From positions 567-64,566 of the forward strand of contig DATIWJ010000087.1 of the NCBI GenBank assembly GCA_035519415.1: a stretch of DNA of 64,000 nucleotides, read 5' to 3'. A program made the position numbers and the translations under genes. The DNA comes from Pseudolabrys sp. GTDB taxonomy: Bacteria; Pseudomonadota; Alphaproteobacteria; Rhizobiales; Xanthobacteraceae. Below the pieces are notes generated by a model that saw only the letters and a program-made list of their open reading frames with translations, did no database searches and was not told the DNA's origin. The stretch's first letter is position 1. Every line of letters starts with the position of its first letter. Shown here in pieces: positions 19,468 through 29,369 of this stretch.

Positions 19468-21359
19468 CATTGCCTGTCGGTCTTTGCGCGGTTAATAAAT
19501 TTCAGCAGCGCGTCACAAACGTTTGGGATCACGCTATCCCATGAGCGGGTGCGGTCCTGGCGGAACAGGCGAGCGGTCGGATACCAGGGGCTGGTATCGC
19601 GATCGAGCAGCCAGCGCCAATCGGGCAAATACGGCAGCAAAACCCAGACGGGGCGGCCTAAGGCCCCGGCAAGATGGGCAACGCTAGTGTCGACCGAGAT
19701 AACGAGATCAAGATTCGCTATCAGCGCCGCCGTATCGGAAAAGTCTCGAAGCACATCGGCGAATTGAATGATGTCCTTTTGCTCGCCAAGCACCGCCGCA
19801 TCGGCGGGACGAACGTCTTTCTGCACGCTGATAAAAGTCGCGTCAGCATCCAAAAGAGCCGACAGCGCGCTCAAGTTGATCGAACGGATCTGGTCGCGGT
19901 GATGCGCCGCGTTCCCCGACCAGGCAAGTCCGACCCTGGTTCGTGTTCGCGTCCCGAGTCGCGTGTCCCATTCCATCAATTTGTGCGGCGATGCGTAGAG
20001 GTAGGGTACTGACGACGGCATGGTTTCCAACTGCGTTTCGAAGACGCGCGGCAGGCTGAGCAAGGGGCAATGCAAATCGAAATCCGGCAAGGAGTCCCCC
20101 GCGGACACGACCTGAGCAGCCCCGGAAAGACTGAGCATCAAGGGGCGAAGCCGCTCGTCGACCTCGAGGATCACTCGCGCGTCGCGGGCGGTAACCAGCG
20201 GCGCATAGCGACAAAACTGAATTGTATCGCCGAGCCCCTGCTCGCCATGAAGTAAGATTGTCTTGCCGTCGATCGTTTCGCCACGCCAAAGCGGCTGCAC
20301 AAAATTGCGCTTCGCAGACGCCAAGGTTTCATATTTCCAGCGCCATTCATATTCCATCCAGCCCCGTGTGAAGTTACCGGTGAGAAGACTGAGCGAAGCC
20401 GCATTCCAATGAGCCTCCGGATAGTCCGGTTGCAAGGCAATGGCTCGATCGTAGCTTTGCAGCGCCTCGCCGTGTCGTTTGAGTTCATACAATGTGGCAC
20501 CGCGATTGGAGAACGCCTCGGGATAGTCAGGCTGCAAGGCCAGCGCGTGGTCATAGCTTGCGAGCGCTTCCTCGTATCGCGTCAACGCATGCAGAGTTGT
20601 ACCGTAGTTATAGTGGGACGCCGCGTGACCGGGATTGAGACGCAGCGCACGATCGTAGCTCGCCAGCGCCTCTTCGAACCGCTTCAACCTGTTCAGCACA
20701 TTGCCACGATTGCACAGTGCTTCGACAAGATTTGGCTGCAAGGCGAGCGCGCGATCGAAGCTCTCCAGTGCATGGTCGAGCCGATTCAACTCGTTAAGTG
20801 AATTTCCGCGGTTCGCATAGGCCGCGGCAAACTGGGGCCGCAGCGTGATGGCTTTGTCGTAGTTCGCGACGGCCTCCTCGTAGCGCTTGAGCGCGTGCAA
20901 GGTGCCGGCGCGGTTATAAAGCGCTTCGGCCTGATCCGGACGTATGGCGAGGGAGCGGTCGTAGCTCGCCAGCGCGTCGGCATAACGCTTAAGATCGAAC
21001 AGAACTGCGCCGCGATTGGTGAGCGCCAGCGCATAGTTCGGTTGCACGGCGATTGCCTTGTCAAAGCTTTCCAGCGCCGCTTCGAGGCGCTTAAGCGCCT
21101 TCAATGTATTGCCGCAATTGGATAACGCTTCCGCGTGCCGCGGTTGCAAGGCGAGCGCACGATTATAGTGTTGGAGCGCAAGCTCATGCTTGCCGAGCAT
21201 GGCTTGGACGACAGCCAGCACATAGAGTACATCGAAAGCATCGCCCTGCGTCGAGACAATTTGCTGGCAAATTTTTTCGGCTTCGACATATTGCCTTGCC
21301 CGGTATGCCGCAACAGCCTGGCCGAGGGTCGGCTGTAGTTCAAATGCGGGACTCGTCAT
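19467..21359 (-). CDS. Tetratricopeptide-repeat protein with C-terminal glycosyltransferase-like domain
   Basis: About nine 34-aa TPRs (ALASYDRALALQP..AEAL.NRG); EQGLGDTIQFCRY, DLVISVDTSVAHLAGALG (GT9-like). Confidence 0.85.
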   Translation of the reverse strand: MTSPAFELQPTLGQAVAAYRARQYVEAEKICQQIVSTQGDAFDVLYVLAVVQAMLGKHELALQHYNRALALQPRHAEALSNCGNTLKALKRLEAALESFDKAIAVQPNYALALTNRGAVLFDLKRYADALASYDRSLAIRPDQAEALYNRAGTLHALKRYEEAVANYDKAITLRPQFAAAYANRGNSLNELNRLDHALESFDRALALQPNLVEALCNRGNVLNRLKRFEEALASYDRALRLNPGHAASHYNYGTTLHALTRYEEALASYDHALALQPDYPEAFSNRGATLYELKRHGEALQSYDRAIALQPDYPEAHWNAASLSLLTGNFTRGWMEYEWRWKYETLASAKRNFVQPLWRGETIDGKTILLHGEQGLGDTIQFCRYAPLVTARDARVILEVDERLRPLMLSLSGAAQVVSAGDSLPDFDLHCPLLSLPRVFETQLETMPSSVPYLYASPHKLMEWDTRLGTRTRTRVGLAWSGNAAHHRDQIRSINLSALSALLDADATFISVQKDVRPADAAVLGEQKDIIQFADVLRDFSDTAALIANLDLVISVDTSVAHLAGALGRPVWVLLPYLPDWRWLLDRDTSPWYPTARLFRQDRTRSWDSVIPNVCDALLKFINRAKTDRQ

Positions 21360-21461
21360 CGCTCCGTCTTGCGGCCATCGAGAATCGGAATCACCCGATC
21401 TCTGGTTACAGGGACGCTAAAGCCCGGTGATGCGCTGTCAAGCGACCGAGGTGTTCGACGA

Positions 21462-21923
21462 TCAGGCAGTCCGCTGGCTGCCGTAAATTTCATCGGCACG
21501 TTGTTCAAATGCTGCGGCAAAACGCCGGAAGGCGGTGTCAAACATCGCCCCCATCAATGCCGCAAGGGTGCGACTGCGAAACTCATAATCAATGAAGAAG
21601 TCAACATCGCACGCGTTTTCGCCGATCGGGTGAAAGGTCCAGCGATTCTGCATGCGCTTGAACGGACCATTGAGATACTCGACCAAAATGTTCAGGTTTG
21701 ACCGGTCGAGGGTGACACGGCTGGTAAACGTCTCGCGAACGATCTTGTAGGCAACCGTCATATCGGCGACCAAAACCGCCGCGCCGTCCTTTTCCATGCG
21801 GCTTTTTATGGCCAGCGCGCTACAGAGCGGTACGAATTGCGGATACCTTTCCACATCAGCGACCAGGTCAAACATTTCGGTAGCGGCGTGGCGGACCTGG
21901 CGCTTCGTCGAAAATTGCGGCAT
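21462..21923 (-). CDS. ratA: RatA/PasT/Coq10 START-domain protein
   Basis: MFDLVADVERYPQFVPLC, GPFKRMQNRWTF, IDYEF. Confidence 0.85.
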   Translation of the reverse strand: MPQFSTKRQVRHAATEMFDLVADVERYPQFVPLCSALAIKSRMEKDGAAVLVADMTVAYKIVRETFTSRVTLDRSNLNILVEYLNGPFKRMQNRWTFHPIGENACDVDFFIDYEFRSRTLAALMGAMFDTAFRRFAAAFEQRADEIYGSQRTA

Positions 21924-21929
21924 TGAACG

Positions 21930-22877
21930 TCAGGCTGTGGCACGCGCGGCTTTCAGCCGCGAAAAATCCTCGCCGGCATGATGCGATGACCGCGTCAGAG
22001 GCGAAGCCGCCACCATCAAGAAACCCTTGCTATAGGCAACTGTCTCTAACGCCTTAAACTCATCAGGCGGCACGAAACGCTTGACCTCGTGGTGCTTGCG
22101 CGCCGGCTGAAGATATTGTCCTACGGTGAGAAAATCGACGTCCGCAGAACGCAGATCGTCCATTACCTGCAGCACTTCGTTCCGCTCTTCCCCGAGACCG
22201 ACCATGATGCCCGACTTTGTAAACATTGTCGGGTCGAGCTCCTTTACACGCTGCAAGAGCCGCAACGAATGGAAATATCGCGCGCCCGGTCGAACCGTCA
22301 GGTAAAGCGATGGGACAGTTTCGAGATTGTGATTGAAAACGTCGGGCTTTGCCTCCACGACGATCTCCAGCGCGCCGTCCTTGCGCAAGAAATCGGGTGT
22401 AAGCACCTCGATGGTGGTCGTGGGACAATGTTCGCGGATGGCCCGGATGGTGTCAGCGAAATGCCGCGCTCCGCCATCGGCGAGATCATCGCGATCGACC
22501 GAGGTAACCACTATGTGCGCAAGCCCAAGCTTTGCGGTCGCATCGGCGACTTGCGCCGGCTCGTTTCGATCGAGATCGCCCGGTCGCCCGGTTTTCACGT
22601 TGCAAAAGGCGCAGGCCCGCGTGCACGTGTCCCCCATGATCATAAAGGTGGCATGCTTTTTCTCCCAGCACTCACCGATATTTGGACAGCCGGCCTCTTC
22701 GCACACGGTGTGTAGGCCGTTATCACGCATGATCTTCTGCGTTGCGAAGTAGCCGGGTGACACAGGCGCCTTGACGCGAATCCAATTCGGCTTCGGAAGT
22801 ACCGCTGAATCCGGTTTGTGCGCCTTTTCGGGATGGCGCGGGCGCGGGTTGTTCACGAGGTCAAGGACGATCGCCAT
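21930..22877 (-). CDS. lipA: Lipoyl synthase
   Basis: [12 protein letters not shown] and CTRACAFC clusters, HNLETV, RSSHHA. Confidence 0.97.
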   Translation of the reverse strand: MAIVLDLVNNPRPRHPEKAHKPDSAVLPKPNWIRVKAPVSPGYFATQKIMRDNGLHTVCEEAGCPNIGECWEKKHATFMIMGDTCTRACAFCNVKTGRPGDLDRNEPAQVADATAKLGLAHIVVTSVDRDDLADGGARHFADTIRAIREHCPTTTIEVLTPDFLRKDGALEIVVEAKPDVFNHNLETVPSLYLTVRPGARYFHSLRLLQRVKELDPTMFTKSGIMVGLGEERNEVLQVMDDLRSADVDFLTVGQYLQPARKHHEVKRFVPPDEFKALETVAYSKGFLMVAASPLTRSSHHAGEDFSRLKAARATA

Positions 22878-22924
22878 GGGCCCTACTTACGGCTGCGGCC
22901 GCGTCCCTGCAAGACTGCGGCCGA

Positions 22925-23167
22925 TCATGCCCTTCGGATCGCGCGCCAGATCAGCAGGAAAACGACGGCGCCAATGGTCGCGGTGATCAGATTGCCCCAG
23001 AAATCCGGCACGACTTCGAGCCGAAGCTTTTCAAAAAGAAAACCGCCAACAATCGCGCCCACGAGCCCAACGGCGAGATTGTACAATAAGCCCCCGCGCC
23101 CGCCGAGAATCTGGGTGGCGAGCCAGCCGGCAATCAAGCCGATAATGATCCAGGCAATGACGCCCAT
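22925..23167 (-). CDS. GlsB/YeaQ/YmgE transglycosylase-associated membrane protein
   Basis: IAWIIIGLIAGWLA...VGLVGAIVGG...ATIGAVVFL. Confidence 0.88.
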   Translation of the reverse strand: MGVIAWIIIGLIAGWLATQILGGRGGLLYNLAVGLVGAIVGGFLFEKLRLEVVPDFWGNLITATIGAVVFLLIWRAIRRA

Positions 23168-23271
23168 GAATATCTCCCGATTTAGGATGCGGCCCGGGGC
23201 AGAAATCTATACAAATCCATACGAAATGCGAATGGCCGGCATTCGTACCCCGCCCCACCTCAAACGCCGCG

Positions 23272-25551
23272 ATGGCTAAAACAGCACGACGACGTTCGAA
23301 AGCGAACGCCCACGCGCTCATCCTCGGTGTCTATATCGCCGCGGTATTTTTGAGTGCGCTGCTGCTGTTCGGCGTGCAGCCCATGTTCACGCGCATGGTG
23401 CTGCCGCGACTTGGCGGCTCGCCGTCGGTCTGGTCGGTGGCGATGGTCTTCTTCCAAACGATGCTTTTGGCCGGGTATGCCTACGCGCACGTGCTGATGC
23501 GCCTGCCAAATCGCTACGCGCCGATTGCGATTCATCTCATGCTTTTGCTTGTGGCAGCGCTGACACTGCCGCTCGCAATAGCTCAAAATTGGGCGCCGCC
23601 ACCCAGCGCCGGTGTCGCGCCTTTTTGGTTGCTCGGATTGTTTGCCATCTCTATCGGCTTGCCATTCTTCGCACTCGCCGCCAACAACCCCTTATTGCAG
23701 GCATGGTTCGTGTGCACCGGCCACCACGACGCGCACGATCCCTATTTTCTCTACGCCGCATCGAATGTTGGCAGTTTCATCGCCCTCCTGTCGTATCCCG
23801 TATTGTTCGAGCCTGTCTTTACACTGCGTGCGCAAAGCAAGTTATGGACTACTGGCTTTCTGTTGCTGATCGTGCTGATCGCCGGTTGCGCCTTTCTGAT
23901 GGCACGCATGCCTGGTCGAGCGAGCGTGCGCGCTGCAGCTAAATCAAGACCAAAACCAGATTGGCCGACGATCGGACGTTGGGTTTTTGTTTCGGCGGTT
24001 CCATCCGGACTTCTCGTTGCCGTCACCGCTTACATTTCCACCGACATCGCGGCCGCACCCCTGCTCTGGGTTATCCCGCTGTCGCTTTACCTGCTCACCT
24101 GGGTGCTTGTTTTCCAGCGCCGGCCACTGATCCCGCACAAACTCGCGTTGTTGCTGCAACCTTTCGCAGTCGCCGCCATCGTGACATTGATGCTCTATAC
24201 GAAACGCCTGGGCTTGTTTTTCAACCTCACCGGCCATCTCGTGGCGTTCTTTATTATTGCCTTGGCTTGTCACGGGGAGCTCGCACGCACGCGGCCCGCA
24301 CCGCAGCACCTCACGACGTTCTATGTCGCGCTCTCGTTCGGCGGAATGCTTGGAGGTCTGTTCGCTGGACTGATCGCGCCTTACGCTTTTCCCTGGCTGG
24401 CTGAATATCCAATCCTGGCGGTGTTTGCGGTCCTGTGCCGGCCGTTTGGACAAAACAACCTCAAGGTTTGGCCCTCCGCGCCATCGTACTGGCCGGTGAT
24501 CCAACGCTCGTTCTGGCCGGTTGCTATCGGCACTGCATTCTTGCTCATCGTGCCAAGTTTCGGATTTCGCGCTGATGACAATACCGAATCGAACCTCATA
24601 GTTCTGGTTCTGGTACTTACGGCGATTTCTCTGGCGCTCCTGCGTGATCCACCCAAGTCTGCGCTTGTCGTCGCAGTCGCGTTTGCCATGATGTGGCTCT
24701 ACCCGACCGATGAAATTCGCCTCGAAACGCTGCGAAGTTTCTTTGGCGTTCACAAAATACTCGTGAGCGATGACGGGCGTTTTCGCATTCTCAAGCACGG
24801 CTCGACCATTCATGGGGCGCAGATGATCGAAGATGAGGACGGCGAGCCGGTTACCGGGCGGCCGACTGCGATCACCTATTACCACGATAAATCAGCGATA
24901 AATCAAGCCATCGAAGCAGTGCGCGCGCGCAAACGCGGGCCGTTGCGCGTGGCCGTAATCGGTCTCGGCACCGGCACCCTCGCATGCCGGGTTGCAGAAG
25001 GCGAAAACTGGCGGTTTTTCGAAATCGACCCGACTGTCATCGCAATCGCGCGCGACCCGGAACGATTCTCCTTTATATCGTCCTGTGCCCCGAACGTTCC
25101 CATCATTGTCGGCGACGCACGACTGACTTTCGCGCAAGAGCCTGACCACACCTATGACCTCATTATCGTTGATGCCTACTCTTCCGACGCAATTCCTGTA
25201 CATCTGGCGACAGCCGAAGCGATGGAGACCTACAAATCCAAGCTGGCGCCGCACGGCGTGGTGGTCATGCATATTTCGAACCGGCACCTTGAATTGCGGA
25301 GTGTGGTTGAAGGAATTGCCGCCGCCAACGACCTTAAGACCTGGATCTGGAGTAACGACAACGAGGAAACTGACGACGATGAATACATTTTTGGATCGGA
25401 CGTAGCGATCGTGGCAGAAAACGCCGATGATATCGGCGCGCTCTCTCGCGACAAGTTCTGGGTGTTGACACCACCTAACCCGGCGGTGCGCACATGGACC
25501 GACGACTACTCCAACATCGCCGGTGCCGTCTGGCGTAAATACAATAAATAG
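23272..25551 (+). CDS. Fused multi-TM / spermidine-synthase-like SAM methyltransferase
   Basis: Many TM helices, then HGSTIHGAQ, VAVIGLGTGTLA, FFEIDP, GDARL, VDAYSSDAIPVHL, WTDDYSN. Confidence 0.85.
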   Translation: MAKTARRRSKANAHALILGVYIAAVFLSALLLFGVQPMFTRMVLPRLGGSPSVWSVAMVFFQTMLLAGYAYAHVLMRLPNRYAPIAIHLMLLLVAALTLPLAIAQNWAPPPSAGVAPFWLLGLFAISIGLPFFALAANNPLLQAWFVCTGHHDAHDPYFLYAASNVGSFIALLSYPVLFEPVFTLRAQSKLWTTGFLLLIVLIAGCAFLMARMPGRASVRAAAKSRPKPDWPTIGRWVFVSAVPSGLLVAVTAYISTDIAAAPLLWVIPLSLYLLTWVLVFQRRPLIPHKLALLLQPFAVAAIVTLMLYTKRLGLFFNLTGHLVAFFIIALACHGELARTRPAPQHLTTFYVALSFGGMLGGLFAGLIAPYAFPWLAEYPILAVFAVLCRPFGQNNLKVWPSAPSYWPVIQRSFWPVAIGTAFLLIVPSFGFRADDNTESNLIVLVLVLTAISLALLRDPPKSALVVAVAFAMMWLYPTDEIRLETLRSFFGVHKILVSDDGRFRILKHGSTIHGAQMIEDEDGEPVTGRPTAITYYHDKSAINQAIEAVRARKRGPLRVAVIGLGTGTLACRVAEGENWRFFEIDPTVIAIARDPERFSFISSCAPNVPIIVGDARLTFAQEPDHTYDLIIVDAYSSDAIPVHLATAEAMETYKSKLAPHGVVVMHISNRHLELRSVVEGIAAANDLKTWIWSNDNEETDDDEYIFGSDVAIVAENADDIGALSRDKFWVLTPPNPAVRTWTDDYSNIAGAVWRKYNK

Positions 25552-25564
25552 ACTGTCAGTGCGC

Positions 25565-26620
25565 TCAGGCCGCCTTCGGCGCCATCCGATAGTTCGGGGT
25601 CGAGTTGGAAATCTTCACTTCGTCGTCATTCATGTCCACGCCGATATCGGCGAACAGGGGCGTTGAAAGATAACGTTCGCCCGTGTCCGGCAACATGCAA
25701 AGCACGGTCGAACCGGGAGCAGCGCTCTTGCACACCTCGAGCGCGCCCGCAAAGGTCGCACCCGCCGTGATGCCGACAAAAATGCCTTCCCTTTGCGCAA
25801 GTTCACGGCTCCATTTCATGGCGTCGGCATTGGCGATAGTGATAATGCGGCTGATCACGCCCATGTCGACGGCGTCACCCGTAATTTTCGGAATGAAATC
25901 CGGACTCCAGCCCTGCATTGGATGAGGCTTGAATGCCGCATTCGGCTTTGCCGGTGAACCGTCTGGATTGCGCTCCTGCTTCGTACCGCTGGACAGCATG
26001 GGGGCATCAGCCGGTTCGCAGACGACGATTTTGGTGTCGGGACGTTCTTTGGCGAACACGCGGGCAACGCCTTTGAGCGTGCCGCCGGTACCAAAACCGG
26101 TGACCCAATAGTCGAGCTTCTCGCCTTTGAAATCGTCAATGATCTCGCGCGCCGTCGTGCGTGAATGCATGTCGGGATTGGCTTCGTTCTCGAACTGGCG
26201 CGTAAGGAACCAGCCATGCGCTTTCGCGAGTTCGATCGCCTTGTTGACCATGCCCAGCCCACGCTCGGCCGCCGGCGTGAGCACGACCTTGGCACCGAGA
26301 AAGCGCATCAATTTACGTCGCTCGACGCTGAAGGTTTCCGCCATGGTCACGACGAGCGGATAACCCTTCGCCGCGCAAACCATTGCAAGACCAATGCCGG
26401 TATTGCCCGAAGTCGCCTCAATGACCGTTTGCCCTGGCTTGAGTTCGCCCGATTTTTCCGCCGCCTCGATAACGCCAAGCGCCAGGCGATCCTTGACGGA
26501 GCCGAGCGGATTGAACGCTTCAATCTTGACGAACAAATTGATGCCTTTCGGTCCGAGCTTGTTGATCCGGACCACCGGCGTACGGCCTACAGTTTCGAGA
26601 ATGTTTGTGAATTTTGTCAT
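25565..26620 (-). CDS. cysK: Cysteine synthase A
   Basis: NPLGSVKDR (PLP Lys), EATSGNTGIG, GTGGT, PDTGERYLST. Confidence 0.93.
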   Translation of the reverse strand: MTKFTNILETVGRTPVVRINKLGPKGINLFVKIEAFNPLGSVKDRLALGVIEAAEKSGELKPGQTVIEATSGNTGIGLAMVCAAKGYPLVVTMAETFSVERRKLMRFLGAKVVLTPAAERGLGMVNKAIELAKAHGWFLTRQFENEANPDMHSRTTAREIIDDFKGEKLDYWVTGFGTGGTLKGVARVFAKERPDTKIVVCEPADAPMLSSGTKQERNPDGSPAKPNAAFKPHPMQGWSPDFIPKITGDAVDMGVISRIITIANADAMKWSRELAQREGIFVGITAGATFAGALEVCKSAAPGSTVLCMLPDTGERYLSTPLFADIGVDMNDDEVKISNSTPNYRMAPKAA

Positions 26621-26641
26621 TGGCTCACTTCCTTCGCGCGC

Positions 26642-28066
26642 TTACACATTCAATACACGTCCATACGCATCCAGCACTGCCTCCTTCATCATTTCTGACA
26701 ATGTCGGGTGCGGGAAGATCGTATGCATCAGCTCTTCTTCGGTTGTTTCTAGGTTCATGGCCACGACATAGCCCTGGATCAGCTCTGTCACTTCGGCGCC
26801 AACCATATGTGCACCCAGCAGCTGGCCGGTCTTCTTGTCGAAAATAACTTTCACCAGTCCCCGATCTTCTCCGAGCGCAATCGCCTTGCCGTTGCCCAGG
26901 AATGGAAAACGGCCGACGCGAATGTCGAGCTTCTTGTCTTTCGCGGCCTGTTCGGTCAGTCCGACTGACGCAACCTGTGGCGAACAGTATGTGCAACCGG
27001 GGATCATCGATTTGTTCATGGGATGCGGGTTGAGGCCTTTGATCGCCTCGATGCAAACAACCCCTTCGTGCTCGGCCTTATGCGCAAGCATCGGCGGACC
27101 TGACACATCGCCGATGGCATAAATACCGGGAACATTGGTTCTGTTGAATTGATCGATGACGATGACACCACGATCAGTCTTCACGCCGAGCTTTTCCAGA
27201 CCGAGGTTTTCGATGTTGCCGACAACGCCCACCGCAGAGATAACGCGCTCGATGGTCATCGTCTGAGACTTGCCGGCCTCCTCGATCATCGCCGTGACGC
27301 TGTCGCCCTTCTTGTCGAGCTTGGTCACCTTGGCATTGGTGTGAATCTTGATGCCCTGTTTTTCAAAACTCTTGCGCGCAAAGGTTTGAATCTCGTGATC
27401 TTCGACCGGCAGAATCTGTGGCAATACCTCAACCACAGTCACGTCGGAGCCGAGTGTGCGGTAGAACGAGGCAAACTCGATTCCTATCGCGCCAGAGCCG
27501 ATGACCAGCAAAGACTTTGGTACGCGGTCGGGGGCCATCGCCTCGAAATAGGTCCACACCAGTTTTTTGTCTGGCTCGATCCCGGGCAATACGCGTGGCC
27601 GCGCCCCCGTGGCGATGATGATGTGCTTTGCTTGATACGAGCCCGCGCCGAGAACGCCTTTCGGCACCTCACTCTTCGACGCTTTCACGGTCACCTTGCC
27701 GGGCGCATCGATTGCGGCTTCGCCCCAGATAATCGATACTTTGTTCTTCTTCATCAAAAAGCCAACGCCATCACTGAGACGTTTCGACACAGCGCGCGAA
27801 CGCTGCACGACGGCTTTGGCGTCGTAGCCGACATTGTCGGCTTTCAGCCCGTAGTCCTTGGCGTGCTGCATGTAGTGAAAAATTTCCGCAGAACGCAGGA
27901 GCGCCTTGGTCGGTATACAACCCCAGTTCAGACAAATGCCCCCGAGGTAGTCGCGCTCCACGATTGCCGTTTTGAACCCGAGCTGGGCAGCGCGAATGGC
28001 GGTCACATAGCCGCCCGGACCGGAGCCGATGATCAGAACGTCAAAGGAAGTGTCGGCCACGCGCAT
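26642..28066 (-). CDS. lpdA: Dihydrolipoamide dehydrogenase
   Basis: GSGPGGY, GGICLNWGCIPTK, HPHPTLSE-type C-terminal motif (IFPHPTLSE); start at ATG 28066 or GTG 28060. Confidence 0.96.
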   Translation of the reverse strand: MRVADTSFDVLIIGSGPGGYVTAIRAAQLGFKTAIVERDYLGGICLNWGCIPTKALLRSAEIFHYMQHAKDYGLKADNVGYDAKAVVQRSRAVSKRLSDGVGFLMKKNKVSIIWGEAAIDAPGKVTVKASKSEVPKGVLGAGSYQAKHIIIATGARPRVLPGIEPDKKLVWTYFEAMAPDRVPKSLLVIGSGAIGIEFASFYRTLGSDVTVVEVLPQILPVEDHEIQTFARKSFEKQGIKIHTNAKVTKLDKKGDSVTAMIEEAGKSQTMTIERVISAVGVVGNIENLGLEKLGVKTDRGVIVIDQFNRTNVPGIYAIGDVSGPPMLAHKAEHEGVVCIEAIKGLNPHPMNKSMIPGCTYCSPQVASVGLTEQAAKDKKLDIRVGRFPFLGNGKAIALGEDRGLVKVIFDKKTGQLLGAHMVGAEVTELIQGYVVAMNLETTEEELMHTIFPHPTLSEMMKEAVLDAYGRVLNV

Positions 28067-28208
28067 CCCCGCTCGTCGGTTAGTACTGCCTTCCGTCTCC
28101 CACAAGGGACCGGTTCAATCAAGCACTGCGCACCACCCCATTGAATTGGGTGATTTTAGGGAATTTAATTCCCGCAAACGACAAGACTGAAAACGGGGAG
28201 AATACATT

Positions 28209-28976
28209 ATGGTCGGGGTCATCGCTCGTCTTGTTATCTATGCGCTCTTCATTACAGCACAGTCGAACTTGGCCAACGCCGCCGAGATCAAAGTGTTCAG
28301 CACGATTGGGGTCAAAAGCGTGCTGGAAGAGTTGATTCCCAAATTCGAAAAATCCAGTGGTCACACATTAAATGTGACCTGGAGTACAGCTGCCCTGCTA
28401 ACCAAGCGAGTGGAAACCGGCGAGCAGGCGGATGCCCTGGTCCTGATTAAAAACAACGTCGAGAGCTTGCTCAAAGAAGGCAAGATCGTGCCCGGCACCG
28501 AGACGTTATTTGGACAATCAATCTTTGCCGTCGGCATTAAGACCGGCACTCCAAAGCCAGATATCTCCACCCCGGAGGCATTCAAGAAAAGCCTACTGTC
28601 CGCAAAGGGGGTGAGTTACTCCAATCCGGCGTCGGGTGGCGCGAGCGGCGTTTATATCGCGAAACAGATCGACAAGATGGGGATCGCCGACCAACTCAAG
28701 GACAAAACAAAGTTCCCACCGTCGGGTGGATTTTCAGGCACACTCCTCATCAGCGGCGACGCTGACATGGCCATTCAGTCGAAACCCGAACTTCTGTCGA
28801 TTCCGGGCGTCGAAGTGATCGGGCCGCTACCTGGCGATATGGCATTCACCGTCATTTATGCGGCTGGCGTTCAATCAGGCGCCGCGCAAGCGGACGCAGC
28901 AAAGGCTTTCGTCAATTTCCTGAAGTCGCCCGAGGCACAAGCGGTATTCAAGGCGAAAGGGTACGATCCGGCGTGA
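28209..28976 (+). CDS. Orphan ModA-like periplasmic substrate-binding protein
   Basis: Signal peptide (ANA/AEIKV), SYSNPASGGASG, YAAGV, FVNFLKSPEA; no permease adjacent. Confidence 0.75.
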   Translation: MVGVIARLVIYALFITAQSNLANAAEIKVFSTIGVKSVLEELIPKFEKSSGHTLNVTWSTAALLTKRVETGEQADALVLIKNNVESLLKEGKIVPGTETLFGQSIFAVGIKTGTPKPDISTPEAFKKSLLSAKGVSYSNPASGGASGVYIAKQIDKMGIADQLKDKTKFPPSGGFSGTLLISGDADMAIQSKPELLSIPGVEVIGPLPGDMAFTVIYAAGVQSGAAQADAAKAFVNFLKSPEAQAVFKAKGYDPA

Positions 28977-28985
28977 CGTCTCTGT

Positions 28986-29366
28986 TCAGACGTACTGCGC
29001 GAAACCGTTGCCGAACGACCAATTCGCCTTGTCGACCTCAAGGAGGTTGATGAACACGTCCTGCGACCGCACTCCCGGCTGCTCGGACAGCAATTCGACG
29101 ATACGGGCGAATAACGCCTTCTTCTGATCGACGTTGCGCGAATTGGTGACGGTGATCTGGATGATCACAAGATCATTTGTTCGATCAATATTGAAGTAAT
29201 TTTTGCTGTAGAAAAATCCATCTTCATCGTGCTCGGTCACCACCATGAAGCGATCTTCTTCCGGCACAGTGAATGTCTCACGCATCGCTCGATAGATGTT
29301 GTCCCCAATCGCCTTTTTATAGGCAGCCGGTTTCCCCTTTCGCAGGTCGATACGAACCAAGGGCAT
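28986..29366 (-). CDS. Tautomerase superfamily protein (MSAD/YusQ-like)
   Basis: Catalytic Pro-1 (MPLVRIDL), VPEEDRF, WSFGNG. Confidence 0.85.
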   Translation of the reverse strand: MPLVRIDLRKGKPAAYKKAIGDNIYRAMRETFTVPEEDRFMVVTEHDEDGFFYSKNYFNIDRTNDLVIIQITVTNSRNVDQKKALFARIVELLSEQPGVRSQDVFINLLEVDKANWSFGNGFAQYV

Positions 29367-29369
29367 AAG

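Noticed and set aside
20400-21200. Periodic ~102-bp nucleotide similarity suggesting a repeat array
   Set aside because: Explained by 34-aa TPR coding repeats; not CRISPR-like (no identical repeats with unique spacers).
21462-21923. RatA as a toxin-antitoxin system
   Set aside because: No antitoxin (RatB/RnfH-like) neighbour; the lipA-linked START protein is the usual quinone-binding housekeeping type.
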